The notes below the pieces were generated by a model. The model saw nothing but the letters and a program-made list of their open reading frames with translations, did no database searches and was not told the DNA's origin. 64,000 bases of DNA from Eledone cirrhosa (taxonomy: Eukaryota), in the NCBI GenBank assembly GCA_964016885.1, contig OZ024749.1, positions 10,664,001 to 10,728,000 on the forward strand, given 5' to 3'. The position numbers and the translations under genes were made by a program. Within the stretch, counting starts at the first letter, position 1; each line of letters starts with the position of its first letter. Below are positions 53,388 to 64,000 of the stretch, piece after piece.

Positions 53388-53732
53388 AGGTGGTGAATTA
53401 ATTCAGAGATAATCTGAATATAATAGAGGGGGAGAGGTAGAGAGGAAGGTACTGGAACAGGCAGGAAATTAATTATGAATAATTATTGTAGGATCAAAGG
53501 AAAGATATTGTAGTAATAGAGGCTTAAAATATACTTTTAATTCTTTTCTGTTTTGGAGAGAAAGGGAGAGATAGAGGAAGTGAGAGAGAGAGAGATGGAT
53601 GGATTAATGGATAGATAGAAAGATAGAGAGAGAGTGAGATAGGAAGCGAGTGTGTGAGAGAGAATGCCAGAGGGAGTAAGAGAGAGAGAGAGAGAGTGTA
53701 TCAATGGGCAGGAAGTGGGGTTTTCTGGATAA

Positions 53733-53733
<1 letters not shown>

Positions 53734-53781
<48 letters not shown>

Positions 53782-53919
53782 GGTGATGGTGGTGGTGGTG
53801 GTGGTGGTGGTGGTAATAATAGTAGTAGTAGTAGTAGTAGCAGCAGCAGTAGTAGTAGTAGCAGCAGCACTAGTAGTAGTAGTAGCAGCACCACCAGCAG
53901 CAGCAGTAGTAGTAGTAGT

Positions 53920-53950
<31 letters not shown>
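53734..53950. repeat. Compound (AGT)/(GGT)/(AGC) microsatellite
   Basis: Direct reading. Confidence 0.95.
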
Positions 53951-54043
53951 AATAAATGAATGATTAAAAACAAAGAAAAGCAACATATTCTTAAAGAGTT
54001 TGATTAATTTTGTGTTGAATTCTACGTTTATTTGTGTCTCTAT

Positions 54044-54076
<33 letters not shown>

Positions 54077-54266
54077 TGGAAGCTTAGTAAAATCGAAGCT
54101 TTGGCTGTGGGCAAGCAAAGTCGACCTACAATAGGAATGAGTTATATATATATATATATATTTTTCCAATCGATCGACTTTCGTCAAATCGGACCGAGGA
54201 AACAATGTTTCCATTGGTCTTTCCAATTGCTAATACTGTCTATCGGTCGCAACTCCAGGTAGAAGA

Positions 54267-54762
<496 letters not shown>

Positions 54763-55161
54763 ATGGACTAAATTTGTAAAGCCTAGTTTAACATTAACAT
54801 GATCATATTTCCCTTGAGTGCTTTAGATAGAGTCCCTCTGTTGCAGACATTTTGGCAAGGTCTCCAGGTGAAAGATACCTCTCTCCCTCTCCCTCTCCCT
54901 CTCCCTCTCTCCTTCTCTTGATGATAATGATGATGATGAAGGGGAGGATGTTGATGATACATATATAAAATAATCAAGCAGAAACTTCGAAGTCACTATC
55001 ACTTTCCTACACAAAAAATAAACTTTACACTCTACTGCTTTAAGTATTATGGTATTCTAAATATCCATTCTAATATATCATCATCATTGTTTAATGTCTG
55101 CTTCCTCTGCTAAGAAACATTATATATACAAATCTAGAAAATGGATGTTAAATAATGATAA

Positions 55162-55213
<52 letters not shown>

Positions 55214-55289
55214 CGAAGGAAATGTGGTAAGGAACCAGATGGACCATAACACACCAAAGTACTCAATACTTAGGGTAGTAGAGTGGGTA

Positions 55290-55400
55290 ATAGGAGCAAG
55301 TATGACCCCGACGGCAGAGCTCAAGCCATTTTGATGGCTAATTCAGTCCAGAATTAGCCGTCGAAACGGCTTCAGCTCTACTGTCGGGGTCATATTTGTT

Positions 55401-55405
<5 letters not shown>
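55290..55405. repeat. Inverted repeat, 55-bp arms with 6-nt loop
   Basis: 55290-55344 vs 55351-55405, 8 differences; lies between (TA)n runs. Confidence 0.85.
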
Positions 55406-55473
<68 letters not shown>

Positions 55474-55715
55474 TGTCTAACCTATGTTATCATGGAAAAT
55501 GGACGTTAAATGGTGATGATGATGATGTATATATGTATATGTGTATATATATATATATGTGTATACAGAAACAAGGGGTCTTAACCCTTTAGCATTTACA
55601 ATACTCTATATATCAGCATCATCATCATCAAGGATTAGCGTCCGTGTTCCACGCTTGCATGGGTTTGGACGGGGGTTTTCCCACTCGAGGCAAGAGTGGT
55701 TGTCTTGCTCGCATA

Positions 55716-56058
55716 GGACTGTCTGGCGGGTTTTCTACAGCTGGATGCCCTTCCTAACACCAACCACATTTACAGTGTGGGGCTGGGAGGTTTTTACCGT
55801 GTTGCCTACACGGCCACATTGCAGCGTGGACTGTCTGGCGGGTTTTCTACAGCTGGATGCCCTTCCTAACACCAACCACATTTACAGTGTGGGGCTGGGA
55901 GGTTTTTACCGTGTTGCCTACACGGCCACATTGCAGCGTGGACTGTCTGGCGGGTTTTCTACAGCTGGATGCCCTTCCTAACACCAACCACATTTACAGT
56001 GTGGGGCTGGGAGGTTTTTACCGTGTTGCCTACACGGCCACATTTACAGCGTGGACTG
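55716..56058. repeat. 112-bp tandem triplication within the RTE 3' UTR
   Basis: GGACTGTCTGGCGGG starts at 55716, 55828 and 55940. Confidence 0.92.
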
Positions 56059-56227
56059 TGTGTTTTTTTGTCGTGACACCTACACGATCTCATTTGTTTC
56101 GGCCTGGATGTTGTGGCACCAACATAACTTTACATTGAAAGGGGCGGTGTGGATGGGGTGGGGGTGGTGGGACGAGGGTGTGTTTTGATAGAGATGCCTA
56201 CTGACTGTAGTAGGTTTTACTTTGTAT

Positions 56228-59200
56228 TTAGGTAAGGCGGGTCTTCTCTATTACTGAGTACCGCCAAAGGTCTCGGTCCAGTGACATTGTCTTGGAGAGG
56301 TGTAAGCGTGTGAGGTCGGAATTTATCATGTCGTCCCAGGTTTTTCTGGGTCTGCCTACTCCGTGGCTACCGTCTATCTTTATTGCCCTGCACTTTGTTA
56401 TACAGCTGTCGTCTTTCATGTGCATCACGTGACCATACCAACGTAGCCTTCTCTCGAGTAAACAACATCTGATCCCTCTTATTTCTAATTTTTTCCTTAG
56501 TTCGTTTATGCTTAGCCGTTCACATATATTACTATTGCACATCCAGCGGAGCATGCAAGCTTCGTTCCTCTCTAGTCTGCGTATATCCTCTGCACACAAT
56601 GCCCAGGTCTCACTGCCATGCAACATTGCTGTTCGTATGCAGGCATCATACAGCCTGCCTTTCATTTTTAGGGAGAACCCTTTAGCGGCTAATAGTGGTA
56701 TAAGCTCTCTGAACTTTTTCCATCCAGTTCTGACTCTAGCTACTGTACTTTCAGAGCACCCTCCCCCACTGCTGATTTTGTCACCCAGGTAACGGAAGCT
56801 GTCCACTATTTCTATAGAACCCTCTGCGCAATTGAAAGAGCTAGTATTTCGTGGGCACTTGCTGCTACTTATTGCACCAGAGCACCGGCCACATGTAAAA
56901 TCTGTGTTCTTAGTTAGCTTACCTGTGATCCCACTACATCTTTTATGCACCCATACTTTGCATTTGGGACATAAAATGGAGTTTCTACCTACGCCTTTCC
57001 TACACACTGAGCATGGCCATTTCCCGGAAGGGACCGCCGCCTTATTTTCTTTCCTACAAACTAGAATTTTAGTCTTAGCCAGGTTAATTTTAAGGCCTTT
57101 TGATTCTAGGCCGTGCTTCCATGTTTGGAATTTCTTCTCTAGTTCAGTCATTGATTCAGCTATGAGCGTTAGATCATCTGCGTATAGGAGTTCCCATGGG
57201 CAGCCGGTCTTGAACTCCTCTGTTATAGCCTGAAGGGCAATAATAAATAGTAGGGGGCTAAGAACAGAGCCCTGATGTACACCAACTTTTACGCTAAACT
57301 CTTCACTATATTCGTTGTTAATTCTAACCTTGCTGACTGTTTCTTTATACATGGTTTGTATAGCTCTCACAAACCATTCGTCAACAACTAGTTTTCTAAG
57401 AGCCTACCAGATAATGGAACGGGGGACTCTGTCGAAGGCTTTCTCCAAGTCAACAAAAGCTAAGTATAGGGGTTTACTTTTAGCTAGGTACTTCTCCTGT
57501 AGTTGTCGTACAATGAAAAGAGCGTCTGTGGTACTTTTGCCTGACACAAACCCGAACTGCATTTCATCTAGATCAATTCTCTCTCTGATTAGTTGCGCTA
57601 TTACTTTTTCCGTGACCTTCATGACCTGGTCGATTAATTTAATGCCTCTATAGTTACACCTATCTAGGGCATCTCCTTTACCCTTGTAACAGTTAATGAT
57701 GATGCTGCTATGCCAGTCCTTCGGAACAACCCCATTCTGTATGACTTGGTTTACTATCCGGGTGACCATGGTGTGTCCCACCGTTCCAGAGGCTTTCAGC
57801 ATCTCAGCAACTATTTCCGAAGGCCTAGCCGCCTTACCCGTCTTCATATCTTTGATTGCCTTACTTATTATACTACCTTCGACTAACACTGCTGGTCTCT
57901 CTATTGGGTCGATGTGGGGGAGACTGTCTTTCTCCCATTTGTTCTCCTCATTTAGAAGCCTTTCGTAGTGACACTTCCAAGCTACCTTCTTATCAGCGTC
58001 AGTGATGGCAAGTATGCCATCATCATTAAGTACACACTTCTCCCCGACAATATCACGGTTTTCCTTGACACATTGCCTAGCAATCCTAAACACCTCACGT
58101 TTTTGGTCCTCACGTTGTAGAACATGCTTGAACTTTCTTTCCTCTGCTTCCCTTCTTGCGAAGTACACTTGTCTCCTAGCTTCCCTCCTGGCCACTTGAT
58201 AGTCTTCTCTACTTCCCCCATCCCGCCATACTTTCCAAGCCTGCTTTTTGGCCTTAATTGACTCCTCCACCTTACTGTTCCACCACCATGTTACTCTCCT
58301 CCTACCTACAGGCCTGCTCCAGCCACAGACTTTGTCTGCCGCCGTCAGCAGGTTTGCTTTCAGGAATTCCCACTGTTCCTCTATATTATACGACTCTAAT
58401 TACTCTTCCTTACTGTCAAAAGCATCAAGTAATATGCTTTGAAATTTATTTCTGGCTATGGGTTCCTTTAGCTTCCATATTTTTCTCCTGAGGATAGTCC
58501 TCTTCTGCTGTCTAGTACGTCTCGTCCTGACTATGAGGTCGCTAATTATTAGTCTATGTTGGGAGGTGCATTCTTCATGGGGGAGGGATTTAGTGTTAAC
58601 AACAGACACTCTGTCATGTCTTCTGGTAAGGATATAATCTACCTGGCTTGTGTGTTCCCCCAATCTATAGGTGATCAAGTGATTGTCTCGTTTTTTGAAG
58701 TTAGTGTTACAGATAGATAGGTTATTTGCGTCACAGAATTCCAGGATTCTGGAGCCTTCCTCATTTCTAGTACCGAACCCATAGCCTCCATGGATTCCGT
58801 CATAGCCGTCACAATGTTGTCCAATGTGACCATTTAGGTCGCCTGCAATAATTATATAGTCACTGTCGGTTATTTGGGAGGTAGTGAGCATCAGTGTCTC
58901 ATAGAATCTGTCTTTTATAGCGCCGGGCAGTCCGGATTGGGGTGCGTACGCAGATATTACTGTCACCGTAGTTTTATTGAGGACAAGTCTTATTTTAATT
59001 ATTCTGTCGTTCACTCTATTTACGTCTATTATCTTATCTGCCCACTTTTCTGCTACCATGATTCCTACTCCACCCAGCCCATTGTCATTTCCCACCCAGA
59101 AAAGCTTATAGCATCGTTCTTTACCCACGATGAATCTAGCAGACCCTCCCCTCCACCTGGTCTCTTGAATACAACAAACATCGACCTCCTTACGTTCAAG

Positions 59201-59248
59201 CATTTCTACAACCTCGTTAGAGCGGCCCTTTAAGGTGCCTACATTCAT
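56228..59248 (-). pseudogene. RTE endonuclease/reverse transcriptase ORF (~1007 codons) with two in-frame nonsense codons
   Basis: ORFs 58400-59248, 57404-58270 and 56228-57370 share one frame, interrupted only by TAA (58400-58402) and TAG (57404-57406). Confidence 0.9.
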
Positions 59249-59475
59249 GGTACCAACTCTGAAGTTTTGGATTGCGTTTGGAGGGTGGGAGCGGTGGGAT
59301 ACTATTGTATTTTCATGGTTATCTCACATAATATGGAATCTATGAGATGTTGATGTTATTTATTTTGAAAACAATACCTTAACATAAGTATAAGCATCCG
59401 GTAATGGCTGGTTTGAACAGAAAGAGTTGAGGGAATTCTGGCTGGATATGGCTGGTTTAAATGCTAAAGGGTTGA

Positions 59476-60630
59476 AGTCAACCTGACAAAGACCAAGGTC
59501 CTAGTTAGTTGAAGAGACAACAGAACCAAGATCCCCCCAGGGAAATGGCCTAGCTCAGTATATATGAAAGGTGTTTGTATAAATTCCATCGTCTGCCCCA
59601 AATGCAAACTATTGGTACACAAGAGATGTAGTGGGATCTCAGGAAGTTTAGCTAAGAATGTAGGCTTTACATGTAGCAGTTGCACTGGAACAGTAAGCAG
59701 CAAATTACCACAGGAAACAACCATTACCAAATGTTTAGAAGGCTCGATAGTTGCAGTAGACAGCTTTTGCTACCTGGATAAGCAAATTAGCAGCAGAGGT
59801 GGGTGTTCTGAAAGTACAGTAGCCAGAGTAAGAATGGAATAAAGAAGTTCAGGGAGCTAAAACCACTGCTAGCTGCAAAAGGCTTTTACCTCAAAATGAA
59901 AGGCAGACTGTATGATGCGTGTATATAAACTGCAATGTTGTATGTTAGTGAAACCTGGGCAGTGTGTGCAGAAGACTTGTGTAGATTGGAAAGAAATGAA
60001 GCTTGTATGATTCACTGGATGTGTAATAGTAATATATGATATGTAAATGGCAAAGCATAAACGAACTGAGAGTCAACGGAAGCTCTGAAGTGGGGAAACC
60101 CAGGAAGAACTGGGATGAGGTGATAAATGCTGACCTTGCACAATTGCACCTCTCAAAGATGATGACACACAACTGAGATCTTTGGCATTCAGTAATGTAC
60201 TGGGTAATTGCTGGCCTTGTGCCTAAAGTAGAAACACTTATGTAGTAATACAGAAGACCTGACTTCCCAAAGCACAGCCTGACGCTGAAGCATATATACA
60301 ATATCCACCACCCCACCCCATACACCTCACACGAGGATAGGCTGAAGTATACATCTAGTGAAGCATCTATAAAATGGTTGTGATGATGACATTGCAAAAA
60401 GCGCCCAGCCCACACTGTAAAGTGGTCGTGTAGGTGTCACGACAAAAGCACCCAGTACTCACTGTAAATGAGGTTGGCACAAGGAAGGGCATGCAAGCCA
60501 GATATAGTTCTGTGTGACCAAGACATGGTCACCTGACCAGGCATTTCTTACAAGAGGATAACTCGTCTAACCCATGCCAGCATGGAAAAAATGGACATTA
60601 AACGGTGATGATGAAGATGATGATGATGAT
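59476..60630 (+). mobile_element. Older degenerate RTE 3' fragment related to the minus-strand copy
   Basis: VNLTKTKVLV...GKWP...NSIVCPKCKLLVHKRCSG...SRGGCSESTVARVR; later GKPRKNWDE; 3' UTR and (GAT)n tail. Many stops and deletions. A family A SINE tail is inserted at ~60190-60240. Confidence 0.88.
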
Positions 60631-60730
60631 ATATATATATATATATATATATATGTATACGTATCCCGGGTTCAATCAGGGGTAACCACAATAAGTAAGG
60701 TACTCAATACATAGTAGAGTATATACAATA

Positions 60731-60830
60731 TTTAATATAGAAATGGCTTCTACAACTGTTTCAGGGCTTTCCTGATGATTTCCTTTGAATGAAACAGTTC
60801 TAGTCCTGTGGAAGCCATTTCTATATTAAA
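60731..60830. repeat. Inverted repeat enclosing a degenerate CTGATGA...GAAA motif (possible Penelope-like remnant)
   Basis: Perfect 20-bp arms TTTAATATAGAAATGGCTTC/GAAGCCATTTCTATATTAAA, inner AACTGTTTCA/TGAAACAGTT; lies between (TA)n runs. Confidence 0.6.
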
Positions 60831-60840
60831 CATTATACAT

Positions 60841-60885
<45 letters not shown>

Positions 60886-60912
60886 TATACATATATATAT
60901 ATATATACATAA

Positions 60913-60947
<35 letters not shown>

Positions 60948-61539
60948 TGTACATATATATATACATGTGTGTATCATGATTATCATCAAAACAATGATGA
61001 TAATGATATATATATATATGTGTGTGTGTGTATGTGTATATTTTAATATCTTGTTCTTTCTACACTTACATCATCCCCTCCTCTTCCCCCATCCCTGCCC
61101 ACCCCAACCTTCTCGTCCCCACCATCACCTCACAATCACTACTTCATTACAATACTAAAAAAATACTACAAAGTATTTTACACCAAATTCTGACCTATTT
61201 CATATACATTATATTCTAATATAGTATTTTGTGATCTTTCTTACATTTCTACTTCACAGACCAAATCTCTTTGACTGCGATTCTTGGAATAATTTCATTC
61301 CAAACAATCAATAAACAAACAAATAACTAAATAAATAATAATAACATATATGTTTGTCTTTTGTAAGGTTTCTCTCCCAATCAATTACTAGGTGAAACGT
61401 GTTAAGTGGCTCAGATATCAGGGGTTCAATATATATGGCAGTGCTATTGATGGGAGAAATTTGGGCACTGCCTATGAAGTCAGGAATCACAAGGATTTTA
61501 ATGAAAGACGTTTCGGAACCATGCCTAACACTCCGTTGA

Positions 61540-61883
61540 CATCATCATCATCATCATCATTTTACGTCCGTTTTTCCCTGCTTACAAGGGTGGGACGGGA
61601 ACTGATTCTGGCTTAATTTCTACAGCTAGATGCCCTTCCTAACACCAACCTCATTTACATTGAGCGCTGGGTGCTTTTTTTGCCGTGGCACCTCCAAGAC
61701 CACTTTGCAGTGGAATGATAGGGACCCCAGTCCCTATCATCTCATTTTTACAGCTGAGTAAACTGGAGCAATGTGAAATAAAGTGTCTTGCTCAAGGAAA
61801 CAACACATCACCCGGTCTGAGAATTGAACTCACAACCTTTCGATTGCAAGCCCAATGCTCTAACCACTAAGCCATGTGCCTCC
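61540..61883 (-). mobile_element. Full-length family B SINE with (GAT)n tail
   Basis: Reverse complement is highly similar to 34621-34948. Confidence 0.9.
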
Positions 61884-61997
61884 ACATAACAATTGGCACA
61901 AATTCTGTCACTACATGGCGATGAGTTTTAATAGTGCCTGCAATATCTGCATACTTATTGATCTTTTCCATTTCTTTTTCAGCCACATTGTGATCTT

Positions 61998-63600
61998 AAT
62001 AATAATAATAATAATAATAATAAAAATAATGGTTTCATTTATTGGCCACAAGGGCCAACACAGAGGACAATGCAAAGACAGAGGCAGTAGGGGTTTTACA
62101 CAAAAATCGAGTAAAAAATAGGAAAACAATAACAATAAACAAGAAAAATACAACAGTGAAAATTCCCCAATGGCGGGGATAACCACCCAGGGTTGATTCA
62201 GGTACCCACCAATCCTGAACCAGCAGACGCTTCGAGGGCACCCAGGAAGAGCGCCCCTCTACTCCTCAAATTCACCAGCCTACAGGTGCATGATCAGAGT
62301 AGGTCCACTTACACGGGGCATTCTTTCCACACTCACCCACCTTTCAGAATATAAACTGGGGGGCAGCACTTTTTTATCAACCCTCTGAAAAAGTTGCTGA
62401 GGGATTGGCCTAAGAGAAAAGTGTCTTTCTTCAGTCCTTTCAACCTGGTCCACCATACAACCTCTTTTGCTACTGCCACCAGACAGAGGAAAATTGCCTG
62501 CCCTTCCTGGCCAAAAGAAATCAACGGGTCGACCTTCACTATGGACTCGGCCGATAGCCGGTCCCCTTCAACACGTGACAATAGCTGTTCGACATAACTC
62601 CACAAGTCAGTCATGCACGGACACTGGATGAGTGCGTGCAGAATGGTTTTGTCGCTCTGCACACATCTTGGGCAAGTCCATCTTACAGCACTTCGGTGCC
62701 TGTAGAGTTTATCTCAAACCAGCAGTGCCCCCCAGTAGCACAGCCAAGCGAGGGATTTTTGGAAGTTATCCATCATCCACGGCTCAAAGGTCATCCGGAA
62801 CAGACTGGTTAGTTTGATTTTGTCGACACCCAGTGCCTCTCTGAGTACGTTGTTGCACTTGCCCACCACTAATTCTCTATAGAACTTGAGAGTGGAAGTT
62901 CCACTGACTGTAGTGCCTGCCTGGTAGAGGGTAGTGAGTGCCTGGTAACATTCCAGATGCTAGTCACCCAGTCTCGGTCTCTTCTTGACTCAGGACTCCA
63001 GCTCAGTCAAAGATACAAGCTGCGGAAACGCCCGCCTGACAAACGGCAATCACAACTGTTCGCCATTTAGGCAGAATACCTGGAGATACTGCAGCCTCAG
63101 CGCATGTTTGCGCATCATTAGCCATGGCATGCCCAGCCCTCTACATAGAAGGTGCTGGCAGCAGATGGACCGCCTCACCAACAGAACCTGTCCCTTCCAC
63201 AAGAGTTGCCAAGGTGTAGATGAGGGCAAGGCACAAGTGTCAGGTGGTAGTAGATGACAGATGCGATGTACGCATCATTTTCCACCTCCGCCTGACCTTT
63301 CAGTACTAGCTTCCTCGCAGCCCATTTCTGGGTGCGATTGGCTACCCTGATCATCACCTTATCCCAATTCTTATCCACCTGGAGGTCTGGTCTGAACCAA
63401 ACCCCAAGCAACTTTACCAGTCTGTCTGTCCAGCACCCAACGATGTTGTTGGACGACATGGACTTGCCTCTCCAGGTGCCGACACAGCCTTTGTGTGTCC
63501 TGGTTCGAGCAGGAGGCTCTGCAACAGCTCCAGCTTCCGCAGTAGAAGCTCGAGAGTTAATACAAACAGAAGGGAGGAGAGAGGGCACCTTTGACGGACC
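61998..63600 (-). mobile_element. Degenerate Tx1/L1-clade LINE, 3' portion
   Basis: VRQRCPLSSLLFVLTLELLLRKLE (RT), VKLLGVWF, GLGMPWLMMRKHALRL, 'HALIQCPCMTDLWSYVE', then AATAAA and (ATT)n tail. The 3' end resembles 52300-52903. Confidence 0.85.
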
Positions 63601-63601
63601 A

Positions 63602-64000
63602 ACACCACCACTACCACACTACCACACCACCACACTACCACACCAGCACACCACACCAGCACACCACCACCCCCACATCACACTACCACACCACCACACC
63701 ACCACACCACCACCACACTACCGCACCACCACACTACCACACCACCACACCACCACACTACACTACCACACTACCACCACACCACACCACCACCACATCA
63801 CCACACCACACTACCACACCACCACACCACCACACTACCACACGACCACACCACACCACACCACCACACCACCACACTACCACCACACCACACTATCACA
63901 CCACCACACCATCACGCCACCACACCACCACACTACCACCACACCACACGACCACACCACACCACCACCACATCACCACACCACACCACCACACCACACC
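63602..64000. repeat. C/A-rich low-complexity (CAC/CACAC)n tract running off the window
   Basis: Direct reading. Confidence 0.95.

Larger units (their letters stand above)
55617..59300 (-). mobile_element. Near full-length RTE-clade LINE (APE + RT, 3' UTR, (GAT)n tail)
   Basis: APE motifs MNVGTL, CIQETRW, SAYAPQ, GDLNGH, QVDYIL, SQHR. RT motifs NYRGIKL, QFGF, FVDLEKAFDRV, GVHQGSVLSP, YADD, FRYLG. C-terminal RRLRWYGHV...GRPRKTW. Tail (CAT)n at 55617-55629. Confidence 0.95.
55581..59475. mobile_element. TTAA-flanked piggyBac-like MITE, split by the RTE insertion (pieces 55581-~55615 and ~59300-59475)
   Basis: TTAA-CCCTTTAGCATTTA at 55581 and TAAATGCTAAAGGG-TTGA ending at 59475: a 14-bp TIR starting CCC, with a TTAA TSD (one copy mutated). 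Confidence 0.75.

Noticed and set aside
61495-61540. Hammerhead on the minus strand (CGAAACGTC)
   Set aside because: No CTGANGA core upstream, even after removing the adjacent SINE.
63602-64000. Telomeric repeat
   Set aside because: Irregular CAC/CACAC units, not (TTAGGG)n.

Overview
Eukaryotic, repeat-saturated window with no confidently supportable host gene. The SINE, RTE, MITE and microsatellite content resembles coleoid cephalopod (Octopus-like) genomes; this is recalled from memory, not searched. About two-thirds of the window is two tandem arrays: a ~30 kb 75/82-bp satellite (3453-33583, with a 200-N gap) and a ~12.3 kb 48-bp satellite (39036-51356) with nested higher-order repeats, which continues directly out of an RTE/SINE 3' segment. 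The rest holds a near-intact RTE LINE with a PHD-type finger inside its RT, nested in a TTAA MITE that itself sits in an older RTE. It also holds CRE-like, Tx1/L1-like and Penelope-like remnants, two tRNA-SINE families, microsatellites, and a well-formed type I hammerhead ribozyme motif (1031-1097) inside a 77-bp inverted repeat. The very long ORFs in the track are artefacts of repeat periodicity. All observations were made by eye.
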